Shown here piece by piece: positions 37,990-47,371 of a stretch of DNA of 64,000 nt (position 1 is its first letter; each line of letters opens with the position of its first letter). The stretch is from a bacterium (GTDB lineage: Bacteria > Patescibacteriota > CPR2 > UBA1875 > JAJYID01). A program made the translations under genes and the position numbers. The stretch spans positions 19,648-83,647 of the forward strand of contig JAJYLR010000001.1 in assembly GCA_021787535.1 (NCBI GenBank), written 5' to 3'. The notes beneath the pieces are model-generated. The model did no database searches, was not told where the DNA came from, and saw only the letters and a program-made list of their open reading frames with translations.

Positions 37990-38175
37990 GATATATTTAT
38001 CTCACATAACTAGCCATGGCGAGAAAATTCCTCATCATGGCTGTTATGGTAGCTAATTTAGAAATAAATGACCATGATAAGGGATATGTTTCAGCACCGC
38101 CCAGCCCCTCAAAATTAATCAGACGCAGCTCTACATAGTAGAAAATAGCCAAAAAATACTTATACCTTAAAGTTT

Positions 38176-39033
38176 TTGTTATATAATATTTTTATGTATT
38201 TATATGTCATTACTCTCGTTATCTTTATCTTATTAGGCCTTATTACCGGCAGTTTTTTGAATGTTCTCATATACAGATTAGAAAACAAGAAAAGAAAAAC
38301 TCTTTTCGGACGGTCTTTTTGTCCTTCGTGCGGGCAACAAATTGCCTGGTATGACAATATCCCTATTATTTCCTGGCTGGTTTTGGGTGGAAAGTGCAGG
38401 AAATGCGGAAAGCAAATCTCATCTCAGTATCCGCTAGTAGAACTAGCGACAGGTTTTTTGTTTGCAGCGATCGGCCTGAAATTTTTGTTTCTGGGCGCTT
38501 TACACATAGGTATTGATTCTGGGCAAGCCAGAATGACGGCACCGGACATTTTAAATTTATTATTTTGGCTGTTTTTTACGGCGGGGTTGATCGTAATCTT
38601 TGTATATGATTTCAAGCACCAAATCATTCCTAATGAGATAATTTATACTCTTTTGGCAGCCGGGCTAGTATTTGTTGGGGTTGACACGCTATTTTTTGGC
38701 GGCTATCAGTATTTAATTGATCATTTGCTCTCTGGTCTTCTCGCCGGAGGATTTTTCTATGCTCTGGCCGCTGTTTCAAAGGGTAAATGGATGGGAGGAG
38801 GCGACATTAAGCTAGTTGCCTTTATGGGGTTGGTATTAGGTTGGCAGGGTCTGCTTGCAGCTCTTTACTTTTCCTTTGTTTTGGGGGCGGTTTTTGGACT
38901 GAGCGCGCTGGTTGCACACAAAAAAGCTCTCAGTTCGCGCATACCTTTCGGGCCTTTTCTGGTAGCCGGTACGTTCGTCGGCCTTTTTTTCGGCGAGCAA
39001 ATGGTTAGCTTTTATGTTAGAATGTTTTTGTAA
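38176..39033 (+). CDS. pilD: Prepilin peptidase PilD (A24 family) carrying an in-frame 23-nt repeat-core insertion
   Basis: GSFLNVLIYRL, tetracysteine CPSCGQQ...CRKCGK, catalytic Asp regions. The insert encodes [10 protein letters not shown]. Confidence 0.85.
   Translation: MLYNIFMYLYVITLVIFILLGLITGSFLNVLIYRLENKKRKTLFGRSFCPSCGQQIAWYDNIPIISWLVLGGKCRKCGKQISSQYPLVELATGFLFAAIGLKFLFLGALHIGIDSGQARMTAPDILNLLFWLFFTAGLIVIFVYDFKHQIIPNEIIYTLLAAGLVFVGVDTLFFGGYQYLIDHLLSGLLAGGFFYALAAVSKGKWMGGGDIKLVAFMGLVLGWQGLLAALYFSFVLGAVFGLSALVAHKKALSSRIPFGPFLVAGTFVGLFFGEQMVSFYVRMFL
38515..38537. repeat. Solo 23-nt family-1 core hairpin gattctgg-gcaag-ccagaatgac inserted in-frame in pilD
   Basis: Identical 23/23 to intergenic 26612-26634. 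Encodes D-S-G-Q-A-R-M-T. Confidence 0.8.
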
Positions 39034-39060
39034 GAATAAAGATTCAATTTTAGGATTTCT

Positions 39061-39774
39061 ATGATACGGAGGGTTAGAAACAAAAAAGGATTTACACTGG
39101 TTGAACTTTTAGTTGTGATGGGTATCATAGCAGTCCTCCTTACGCTTAGCTTTAGCGGTTACTTTGCGTACAGGAGACAAATGTTTGTTGAAAATCTGGC
39201 AAGCCAGCTTCAGACGGATATTAGAGATACCTTTGTTAAATCAATCTCAGTAAACGATAATGCTCCCTGTCCCGGCAGTCAGGCCGCAAAAGTCAGGAGC
39301 TTGAAAATACCGGTACAGAATCCCTTTACAGATTATTACATCACTGACTATTGCGATTCTAGCGGTAACATTCAGGTAGGACAAGCGGGGCTAACTCCAG
39401 TATCACCTTCTTCTACTATCACACCATCGAACAATCTTAGTTTTAACGAGCCGGCTAAGCTAAGCTTAACCGTGAACGGCATAACTCGATCTAACGGCTT
39501 TTTATGTCTGGTTTATTCCTCGCCATACGGTGAGTTTAGCGGTTATTATTATCCTACTCCAACAAATGGTTCCGGGGATCAATGTGATAGCGACGTACAA
39601 ACTTATTGGAAAAAACAATCTGACGGGGTCTTCATTGCAAGCCCATCACCGCCGCCGCCGGCATTTTCTGTAAGACAGACAGAGGAAGCGGAATTTATGT
39701 CATTGAATGATGCAAATATTAATAGTTTGGTTGATATATATCCTTCAGGGCAAGCCGCAGAGAAAAACCAATAA
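39061..39774 (+). CDS. Minor (pseudo)pilin with prepilin-type N-terminal cleavage/methylation domain
   Basis: KKGFTLVELLVVMGIIAVLL N-terminus. Confidence 0.75.
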   Translation: MIRRVRNKKGFTLVELLVVMGIIAVLLTLSFSGYFAYRRQMFVENLASQLQTDIRDTFVKSISVNDNAPCPGSQAAKVRSLKIPVQNPFTDYYITDYCDSSGNIQVGQAGLTPVSPSSTITPSNNLSFNEPAKLSLTVNGITRSNGFLCLVYSSPYGEFSGYYYPTPTNGSGDQCDSDVQTYWKKQSDGVFIASPSPPPPAFSVRQTEEAEFMSLNDANINSLVDIYPSGQAAEKNQ

Positions 39775-39782
39775 AGAAAGTA

Positions 39783-40337
39783 GTGATGAAAAAATTACTA
39801 TATCAAAAAAAAGGACAAAGTTTGGTAGAAGTAGTGATTGCCATGGCTGTTATAGCTGTTGTGGTAGTTGCTGTAATGATGCCCGTTCTTGCTTCCAGAG
39901 GACTTTTATATAACTCAGAGGATGTAACGAAGGCAACCTCTCTGGCGGAACAAGGTTTGGAGATAATAAAAAACAATAGAGATATCGGCTGCCAGTTTGA
40001 TGCCATAAATCCCGGCAACAGCGGCGGTACCTATGATATTTACGGCGATTTGCATAATCAGCGTTTAGATAATTCTTCTGCCGAACAATTAGTTCAAGAT
40101 ACCGGTCTCTCACAGCAGATTTATAGCTCTAATAGCGAGTACACTGGTTTTACTAGAAAAATTACTTTAACCAGTCTAGACAATGTTTCCTTTAATCCCG
40201 GTACTTTTGGCGGCATACCTTCCGATACATTCGATACAAAGGATCAATATTATTATGTGGAAGTGCAAGTGTCGAAAAATGGTTCTTCTTTATCTACAGT
40301 TTCGACTATTATGCTCAAAAAATGGAAAGACTACTAA
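39783..40337 (+). CDS. Minor pilin with prepilin-type N-terminal domain
   Basis: KKGQSLVEVVIAMAVIAVVV N-terminus. Confidence 0.7.
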   Translation: MMKKLLYQKKGQSLVEVVIAMAVIAVVVVAVMMPVLASRGLLYNSEDVTKATSLAEQGLEIIKNNRDIGCQFDAINPGNSGGTYDIYGDLHNQRLDNSSAEQLVQDTGLSQQIYSSNSEYTGFTRKITLTSLDNVSFNPGTFGGIPSDTFDTKDQYYYVEVQVSKNGSSLSTVSTIMLKKWKDY

Positions 40338-40897
40338 TGAAAAGAAGTTTGGAAAACAAAAAAGGATTTACATTAATTGAACTGATTGTGGCAATGGGGC
40401 TTTTTGCTATTATTTTAACCGCTTTCACTAGCTTTTTCCTGAATGCGTATAAGTTAGAAAGCACATATGTAGGAAAGGCAGATTTAAACCAAGAGGCACG
40501 GCTAGTCAGCGAGGTTTTTGCCAGATATGCCCGTGAGGCCAAAACAGTTACTCTGAGCGGTGATTGCACGAGCGGACTTTCTTGCCAGCCAAGCTTTGTA
40601 CTGCCTAGAGGCGATAGTGATACTGCTGTCATTAATGTTCAATTTGACGGCAGCGCAACAGCCGGCACTCCTTCTCACCGCACCTTAAACTTAGGGGTTA
40701 ATAGTTCACAAGCATACAACTTTCTTTCAAATAACATTGCCTTAGGCAGTTTGCGTATCCATCAACAAACAGATGTTTATCCTAAAATTCTAGAATATAA
40801 CTTTACTTTACAAAAAATAGTGAATGGGGTGCCATCGACTGCAAGCGGAGACCAAATCTACTTTAGCGGCGTTATTAATATGAGGAATGAACAATGA
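40322..40897 (+). CDS. Minor pilin (PilW-like) with prepilin-type N-terminal domain
   Basis: KKGFTLIELIVAMGLFAIIL N-terminus. Confidence 0.7.
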   Translation: MERLLMKRSLENKKGFTLIELIVAMGLFAIILTAFTSFFLNAYKLESTYVGKADLNQEARLVSEVFARYAREAKTVTLSGDCTSGLSCQPSFVLPRGDSDTAVINVQFDGSATAGTPSHRTLNLGVNSSQAYNFLSNNIALGSLRIHQQTDVYPKILEYNFTLQKIVNGVPSTASGDQIYFSGVINMRNEQ

Positions 40898-42348
40898 AGT
40901 ATTTGCGTATGCAAAACAATAGAGGCAATGTTTTAATTTTTACAATCTTAGTTGTAGTTATACTTTTTGTGATTATGAGTTCGCTATCGGTGCTGATGAT
41001 CTCGGAAATTCGCCAATCCGGCCAGATCGAAGACTCTGCGAACGCCTATTTGGCAGCTGAGGCCGGATCCGAGCGGGCCCTAAACTATGCGAATCATAGA
41101 ACTCCAATCTATGAAACTAATCAGCGTTTAGGGGCAGCTGCTAACTCACCGACTTATTCATTTGAAGTAAAAGAAGCTACCGCAGGGGGTTCTTTAAGCG
41201 ATGGTACTCGATGTGACACAAATACTGATCCTAATCTATATTATTGTTTTTATAGTGAAGGATATAGCGGTTCAGGTAAAATAGTTCGCAAACTCAGCGG
41301 TTACACAAGAATTAATAGTATCAACCAAACAACCGCTGTAGACTTTAGTACCTATCCTACACAGCCGCCATGGTCGCTCTTTCCTTCGTCTCCTTCTCAA
41401 ACAGTGAGCTTAATGGATATTACACCACCCGATCCCAGGCATGACACTTTAGTTTTATCCGGCCAAATAGAAGGGCTTAATGTTCCGTCTGCAGATCATT
41501 ATTTCGGGCTTCTAGATAGCGGATCAGGATTGGGAAACAGAAAGGGTATCGGCATGCATGTTTATAATTCAGGCGGCCAAAATATGATAAAGCTGATAGG
41601 TACAACCATTGATACTGATGTCGCGCCACCTGCATATACCCCCTACGATAATGGAGAAATTGCTTCAGGTCCTGGTACGGGCAATCCGATATCGATCCCA
41701 ATCAATCCCGGAGAAAAAATAAGCTTTGTTTTAACGTACAGAAGAGCAGCTTCAGATCCATGGGCGAATACTGCCACGCTGCAGGTGAATGATATTACAG
41801 ATCCTAATCATACTCATAACTATCCTTGTTTGGGTATTACGACATCTGTCTTTTCCGATAGAATTTTTAGCTATGCTCCGTTTTATGCTTACTTTTTAAG
41901 TCCCGGCAGCTATAAGCCGCGAGGGGGAACTGCAGGCGGTGCTCCGTATCTTCAACTGCAAGACAGTGGTCAGACTATTACCTTAGATAACTTTATTTTA
42001 AGTACCAGCGGATCAACGAGCGATACCTTAGCAACCGGTACATGGCTAAAACCCGGACAGTTTATAAAATCGCAAAGTGGCAACTACCTCCTTACTTATA
42101 GAACAAATGGCAACTTAGTGCTTACTAATGCGGGCGGTTCCGTGATTTGGCAAACAGGTACACTCAGTACGGCTGGGTATGCCAGCATGCAGATTTCAGA
42201 TGGCAACTTTGTGCTCTATACTCCCAGCTGGTGGCCCTACTGGGCATCAAATACAACCGGTCATCCAAACGCCTATTTAAAGGTAACTGATGACGGTCAT
42301 CTTAGAATCTATGATGCTAACAATAATCAAATCTGGTCCAGGCCGTAA
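40894..42348 (+). CDS. PilX-like minor pilin fused to a C-terminal bulb-type (B-lectin, mannose-binding) lectin domain. Candidate pilus tip adhesin.
   Basis: PilX_N-like N-terminus (GNVLIFTILVVVILFVIMSSLSV...AYLAAEAG). The C-terminus carries three B-lectin-like subdomain motifs: QSGNYLLTYRTNGNLVL, QISDGNFVLY, VTDDGHLRIYD. Confidence 0.7.
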   Translation: MKYLRMQNNRGNVLIFTILVVVILFVIMSSLSVLMISEIRQSGQIEDSANAYLAAEAGSERALNYANHRTPIYETNQRLGAAANSPTYSFEVKEATAGGSLSDGTRCDTNTDPNLYYCFYSEGYSGSGKIVRKLSGYTRINSINQTTAVDFSTYPTQPPWSLFPSSPSQTVSLMDITPPDPRHDTLVLSGQIEGLNVPSADHYFGLLDSGSGLGNRKGIGMHVYNSGGQNMIKLIGTTIDTDVAPPAYTPYDNGEIASGPGTGNPISIPINPGEKISFVLTYRRAASDPWANTATLQVNDITDPNHTHNYPCLGITTSVFSDRIFSYAPFYAYFLSPGSYKPRGGTAGGAPYLQLQDSGQTITLDNFILSTSGSTSDTLATGTWLKPGQFIKSQSGNYLLTYRTNGNLVLTNAGGSVIWQTGTLSTAGYASMQISDGNFVLYTPSWWPYWASNTTGHPNAYLKVTDDGHLRIYDANNNQIWSRP

Positions 42349-42360
42349 AACTTTTGAAAT

Positions 42361-43323
42361 TTATACTTGACCTTGACTATGAAATTTTTGATGGATTTCT
42401 TTAAGCCGCGTGTTTGTTATGTGAGTATAAATCTGTGTAGTAGTGATGGAAGAGTGGCCGAGCATGGCTTGGACGGAACGGATATCGGCGCCGTTGATTA
42501 AAAGATCGGTGGCGAAAGAGTGGCGTAGCATATGGGGTGTCACTTTTTTGGTTATTCCGGCTAAACGGGTATATTTTGAGACAATGCGCTGAATGCTTCT
42601 AGGTGTAAGCCGCATATATTCACCTTCATCCAAGCCGTCTTGCATACCTGAGAAATGAATAAAAAGCGGCGCGGCATTATCGGTTCTTTTGGTTAGATAT
42701 CTTTTGAGTTTTTTAATAGCGCTATCTGAAAGAAAAACTACCCTATCCTTACCGCCTTTGCCGCGAACATTGAACTCTCCTCTTTCCAGATTGACTTGCT
42801 CGCGATTTAAGCCGGCAAGTTCGCTCACTCTGAGTCCCGTGGAAAAAAGTGTCTCCAGAATTGCTGAATCCCTGAGAATAATCACTTCTTTTTTTGAAGG
42901 AAATTTCTCAGGAGTAGCGAGTAAATCTTCAACTTCCTCGATTTCCAAGAATTCTACCTGTTTTCTTTTCATTTCCCCGAGCTCAATCTTTTCAGCAGCC
43001 AGAGATTTAATATCTCTTTTGGCCAAGTATTTTAAAAATGCACGCAGAGCAATGATGTGATATGTTTGAGTGATTTTAGCCAGATTACCGCCAAGATCTG
43101 TACTTAACCGATTTAAATAGAGCCGGTATTTTCTGATAAGATCGCTTGTAATTTGTTCGGGCTTAAGTTCACGGCTGCGCCCCTCTTCGGCAAAGTCAAG
43201 AAAACGCCCCAGATAATGTTCGTAGTTTCTGATGGTGAGTTCAGAGTGGTTTTTCTCTATCTCGCAGTATTCTAAAAAGTCGCGAACCAGGTCATTTACA
43301 GTCATACTTACATTGTACGACAC
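42361..43323 (-). CDS. xerD: Tyrosine site-specific recombinase XerC/XerD family
   Basis: C-terminal catalytic region HMLRHSFATDLLINGADIRSVQAMLGHSSITTTQIYTH with the catalytic Tyr. N-terminal SAM-like domain. Confidence 0.85.
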   Translation of the reverse strand: MSYNVSMTVNDLVRDFLEYCEIEKNHSELTIRNYEHYLGRFLDFAEEGRSRELKPEQITSDLIRKYRLYLNRLSTDLGGNLAKITQTYHIIALRAFLKYLAKRDIKSLAAEKIELGEMKRKQVEFLEIEEVEDLLATPEKFPSKKEVIILRDSAILETLFSTGLRVSELAGLNREQVNLERGEFNVRGKGGKDRVVFLSDSAIKKLKRYLTKRTDNAAPLFIHFSGMQDGLDEGEYMRLTPRSIQRIVSKYTRLAGITKKVTPHMLRHSFATDLLINGADIRSVQAMLGHSSITTTQIYTHITNTRLKEIHQKFHSQGQV

Positions 43324-43335
43324 TTTTTTCGACTT

Positions 43336-43749
43336 GTCATTCCGACCGCCACTATGCTAATGAAAAGTGGAGGAATCCCTTACTCGTAGTATAATCTACT
43401 TATGGCCAAAAATTATATTTTCCATGTTCATATATTAGCTAGTGAGAGTGGTACTCTATACATTGGTGTCACCAATGACCTAGTTAGAAGAATATATCAA
43501 CACAGGAGCGATTTAATAGAAGGATTTAGCAAAAAGTATCAATGCCATAAATTAGTTTATTATGAAGAAACATCAGATGTTGAAAGCGCAATTAAAAGAG
43601 AAAAACAAATTAAAAATTGGAGCAGAAAGAAAAAAGAAGGTTTGATCAAAACCAAAAACCCAACCTGGAGAGATTTATCAGGTGATTTATAAAATATTAA
43701 TACAAAGGGATTCCTCCGCTCTACTTTTACGGAAGTTGGTCGGAATGAC
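43336..43749. mobile_element. Family-3 palindromic element carrying a GIY-YIG nuclease gene in its central loop. Outer arms are gtcattccgacc / ggtcggaatgac; inner arms are ggaggaatccc / gggattcctcc.
   Basis: Both arm pairs are exact reverse complements. An empty counterpart lies at 50893-50980. Confidence 0.75.
43402..43692 (+). CDS. Small stand-alone GIY-YIG nuclease family protein (UPF0213/YhbQ-like)
   Basis: YIFHVHILASESGTLYIGVTNDLVRRIYQHR (GIY...YIG) with conserved Arg and Glu downstream. Confidence 0.8.
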   Translation: MAKNYIFHVHILASESGTLYIGVTNDLVRRIYQHRSDLIEGFSKKYQCHKLVYYEETSDVESAIKREKQIKNWSRKKKEGLIKTKNPTWRDLSGDL

Positions 43750-43761
43750 AAAGAGAGCTGT

Positions 43762-45195
43762 ATGAAAGCGGTTTTTACAAGCGTTATTTTATTAGCCGTT
43801 ATGGCCGGCATATTTCTCGCTCCTTATTTTGACGTTTCTATACTGAGCGTGGTTGCTCTTTTTGGCATTTTCTTTCTCCTTAGCTTGTCAGTCGTTCCTA
43901 AAAAATGGCTCTGGCTTTTCATGATAGTCATTAGTTTTCTCTTTCTCGGTATTTTTCGTTTTATCCAAGTACAAAACGCCATTTACAACCTCTCTTATCC
44001 AACTGATCAGGAGGTAAAGCTCCAAGGCCAGGTTGTTGAACCGCCGGAAGAAACGGATAAATCGGTGAAAGCCGTTTTGAAAGATGAGGCAAGGGGCGGT
44101 AAAATTATTTTGATTTTAAAACCCTTCACTAAGGTGAAATATGGCGACCGGCTGTCAGTGAGCGGCAAAGTTAGCATTCCGGCTCAAGAGTATCAAAATT
44201 CTCTTTTAGTAAAAGGTATTGTTTATGAGATGGCCTTTCCGCAAATAGAGCGGGCCGGACCGGGCAAAATGGATATTTCAATGAAAATTCAAAATGGCCT
44301 TTACTCTCTTAGAAACCGTTTTGAGGAGAGTATAAACAGCATATTTCCCGAACCGGAGGCATCATTTCTGGCCGGATTGCTTTTAGGGGTAAAAAGAAAT
44401 CTTCCTGCCTGGCTTACTCAAGATCTCAAAGCCAGCGGCACTACCCATTTGATTGCCCTTTCAGGGTTTAATATTACTGTCATCATTGAGGCATTAAGGA
44501 TAATCTTTAGGCGGCGCAGCGCCAAACTAAGTTTTTATATCCCATTGCTTGTTATTTTTGCTTTTGTGGTTATGACCGGTTCTTCGTCTTCGGTCGTCAG
44601 AGCCGGCATTATGGGAGCAATGATGCTTCTTACTTATCGGGTAGGACGGCAATCTTCAGCTGTCATGGCAATAGTTATTACGGCAGCTATCATGGTTTTC
44701 GCCAATCCTTTTATTTTGCGTTTTGATGCCGGCTTTCAGCTCTCTTTCGCCGCCTTTATCGGGATCATTTATTTTGCGCCTATGATTAGTATGTTTTTGC
44801 CTCTTAAACATGAGTTTGCAAAAGAAATGCTGGCAATGACCTTAGGCGCGCAGATCATGGCTTATCCTTTAATTCTCTATTATTTTGGCACCTTTTCTAT
44901 AGTCTCATCCGCTGCCAACTTAGTCGTTCTGCCTTTTATTCCATTTGTGATGCTGCTTGGTTTTGTGACGGCAGCTGTAGGAATGGTCTGGCAAGGACTG
45001 GGTTATGCTATGTCATTCACCGCCCTTTTTGCCTTAAAGGCAGTGATCGAAACAATCCATTTCTTTGCCCTTCTCCCTTTATCTTCCATAAGCGGTATCA
45101 GCTTTTCCGCATTCAACGCCACTCTCTATTATATAATAATTTTGGAATTGGTTTTTATCTGCAAGAGGCGTCTTGTAAGGAGGCGTCTTGCCTAA
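43762..45195 (+). CDS. comEC: ComEC/Rec2 DNA internalisation channel, membrane (competence) domain only
   Basis: Multiple TM helices, N-terminal OB-like region, competence motif region ASGTTHLIALSGFNITVI. Confidence 0.8.
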   Translation: MKAVFTSVILLAVMAGIFLAPYFDVSILSVVALFGIFFLLSLSVVPKKWLWLFMIVISFLFLGIFRFIQVQNAIYNLSYPTDQEVKLQGQVVEPPEETDKSVKAVLKDEARGGKIILILKPFTKVKYGDRLSVSGKVSIPAQEYQNSLLVKGIVYEMAFPQIERAGPGKMDISMKIQNGLYSLRNRFEESINSIFPEPEASFLAGLLLGVKRNLPAWLTQDLKASGTTHLIALSGFNITVIIEALRIIFRRRSAKLSFYIPLLVIFAFVVMTGSSSSVVRAGIMGAMMLLTYRVGRQSSAVMAIVITAAIMVFANPFILRFDAGFQLSFAAFIGIIYFAPMISMFLPLKHEFAKEMLAMTLGAQIMAYPLILYYFGTFSIVSSAANLVVLPFIPFVMLLGFVTAAVGMVWQGLGYAMSFTALFALKAVIETIHFFALLPLSSISGISFSAFNATLYYIIILELVFICKRRLVRRRLA

Positions 45196-46063
45196 AGAAA
45201 AAGGGGTAAAAAAGATTTTTCCCTTGTTCGCCCTTCCGATACTTTTGATTGCCTTTTTAGGGATTTGGTATTTTGTCTTTCTTCCGCCCAGCCGAGATTT
45301 AAAGATTATTTTCTGCGATGTCGGGCAAGGCGATGGAGCAATCCTCGAATTTCCGGGTGGCAGAACCGCCCTTGTTGATAGCGGACCAGATAAGAAAATT
45401 CTAGGATGTTTAGGCAAGAATCTGCCTTTTTACAGCAAGAAAATTGATCTTGTCTTTTTATCTCATGCGGACGCCGATCATGTAGGCGGTTTAAATTATG
45501 TTTTAAAACGTTATCAGGTGGGGCAAATCGTAGGAAGTGGCATTGGCAAAGATACTAAGGCGTATCAGTCTTTTTCCGACATTGTTAAGGAGCAGAAAAT
45601 ACCGGAAATCATAGCTCTCCAAGGAACGGAGTTTGACATTGCGCCTATGGCAAAAGTAAGGGTGTTATTACCCGGTAGCACATTAAATAACACAAGTTTA
45701 AATAACGCGTCTGAAATTCTGCAGGTGAGTTTCGGCAGAGAAAATATTCTCTTGACCGGCGATATGGAAAAGGAAGAAGCTGGCCTTTTTGCCAAGCTCT
45801 ATCCGGATCTTCATGCGGATATTATCAAAGTACCGCATCATGGCTCAAAATATTCTCTTGACGCAAATTTTTACAGCCGTCTTCATCCAAAATATGCGGT
45901 GATTTCAGTCGGCGCAAAAAACAGATACGGCCAGCCGCACAAACAAGTGCTGGATTTTTTAAAATCTAAAGCCATAAAGGTTTTCAGGACTGATAAGCAA
46001 GGGGATGTGCAGTTTGAAACAAACGGCACAGAGCTTGGCCAAGCGAACCCGGCTAGTTTGTAA
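45188..46063 (+). CDS. Metallo-beta-lactamase fold hydrolase corresponding to the ComEC C-terminal domain, encoded as a separate ORF with an 8-nt overlap and its own TM anchor
   Basis: HADADHVGG (HxHxDH), VPHHGS. Confidence 0.75.
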   Translation: MPKEKGVKKIFPLFALPILLIAFLGIWYFVFLPPSRDLKIIFCDVGQGDGAILEFPGGRTALVDSGPDKKILGCLGKNLPFYSKKIDLVFLSHADADHVGGLNYVLKRYQVGQIVGSGIGKDTKAYQSFSDIVKEQKIPEIIALQGTEFDIAPMAKVRVLLPGSTLNNTSLNNASEILQVSFGRENILLTGDMEKEEAGLFAKLYPDLHADIIKVPHHGSKYSLDANFYSRLHPKYAVISVGAKNRYGQPHKQVLDFLKSKAIKVFRTDKQGDVQFETNGTELGQANPASL

Positions 46064-46123
46064 AAAAAATTTTACTTTACTCAACCGCTTCATTATAATT
46101 ATAATGTTTAAAGGAGATAAAAA

Positions 46124-46492
46124 ATGGCAAAGATACTTATAGTTGACGATGACCCGGCAATTCGCGAGCTTTATGAGGCCGGTTTTAAGCAGATTGGATA
46201 TGACGTCTTAACCGCGATTAACGGTGAGGATGCGCTTTCCAAGACTTTATCTTTCAAACCGGATCTTCTGCTGCTTGACATTATGATGCCGGAAATTCAT
46301 GGGCTCCATGTTCTGGATATTATTAAAGCAACTCCGGAAGCCAAGGATTTGAAAGTGGTAGTATTTACTGCCCTTAGCGATGATGAGGCCCAGAAAAAAG
46401 CCCAGGAATTTGGAGCAGACGGCTATATCGTCAAATCTCAGAAAACAATGGCTGAGGTAATTAACTACGTTCAGGAAATTTTGCAGAAGTAG
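46124..46492 (+). CDS. Single-domain response regulator (CheY-like receiver)
   Basis: ILIVDDD, phospho-acceptor LLLLDIMMP, and a T/K at the conserved positions. Confidence 0.85.
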   Translation: MAKILIVDDDPAIRELYEAGFKQIGYDVLTAINGEDALSKTLSFKPDLLLLDIMMPEIHGLHVLDIIKATPEAKDLKVVVFTALSDDEAQKKAQEFGADGYIVKSQKTMAEVINYVQEILQK

Positions 46493-46640
46493 AATTTGCT
46501 TTTTTAAGAAAATTAAGGTAATATAAATTTGTTATGGCAAAAGAAAGAGTTGTTTTATTTGGAGGGCTAGGGTTCCTGCCGGGATCGGTTAGGGAAGGTT
46601 GGCATTTGTCATAAAAGTAAATTCAAGTTTAGCAAGTCAA

Positions 46641-46672
46641 CCTTTCTGAAGTCTCAGAAAGGTTTTTGTTTT
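46641..46672 (+). terminator. Rho-independent terminator (cctttctga-agtc-tcagaaagg, then TTTTT) just upstream of tRNA-Gly
   Basis: 9-bp stem with a T-run. Confidence 0.7.
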
Positions 46673-46674
46673 AA

Positions 46675-46751
46675 CGGCCTATAGCGGAGTCTGGCATCGC
46701 ACTCAGTTTCCGACTGAGAGATCGGAGGTTCAAATCCTCCTAGGCCGACCA
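46675..46751 (+). tRNA. tRNA-Gly (anticodon UCC)
   Basis: Folded by hand. Acceptor cggccta/taggccg, D-arm gcgg/tcgc, anticodon stem ctcag/ctgag with loop tttccga, T-arm ggagg-ttcaaat-cctcc, discriminator A, encoded CCA. Confidence 0.85.
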
Positions 46752-47064
46752 TGGGTATCATGGCGGATCAAATCTGCCTGGTATTATAAAGTCCCAGATT
46801 CTTCTTCTGGCAGGCGTTAAAGCGCTAACTCATCGAGATACTTCTGGCGATCCCAAAGTGTTTCACGCAGTGTTGAGTTCAGAGGGAGAACCTGGGCACG
46901 AACCTTGAAAGCCGGATAACGAAAAGAAACAGAAAGGAGCAATATCGCATGTCCGATTCAAATAAGCAGGTGCAGAAAATGGAGGCATCCGAGGAAGAAA
47001 CGGAAATATTAAGGGATCAACCCTCAAAAAAGAAGCGGTATCCGATCAAAAGGAACCGCAAGAA

Positions 47065-47292
47065 ATGTCCTTCCAGAATCTGTGTCTGTTACTAGGGACG
47101 GAGGTTGGCATGGTAGAATGTCACGTGTATGACATTGACCCGGAAGACGCGCAACCCATTCTTTATGAATTAGCCGACAAGATGGGCATGTCGCCTGATG
47201 AGGTATTGATTAATCGGGCCAAAAATACTCTGTGTCTTCCTGATGCACTTTTGAATCACGCACGGGAACATATGAATATCGTTCCTACATAA
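47065..47292 (+). CDS. Hypothetical small protein in a GC-rich patch downstream of tRNA-Gly
   Basis: ORF only. It overlaps another small ORF (46949-47095) in a different frame. Confidence 0.3.
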   Translation: MSFQNLCLLLGTEVGMVECHVYDIDPEDAQPILYELADKMGMSPDEVLINRAKNTLCLPDALLNHAREHMNIVPT

Positions 47293-47371
47293 CTTCTTTT
47301 CTGTAAACTTGTCGGGGTACGGCCATAATTTTTGGCTGTACCCCATCCAACCTTTTTAGAGGAAGTGATCA

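Noticed and set aside
46535-46615. 26-aa ORF (MAKERVVLFGGLGFLPGSVREGWHLS) upstream of the terminator before tRNA-Gly
   Set aside because: It is too short, with no RBS and no known family. It may be chance, though a leader peptide cannot be excluded.
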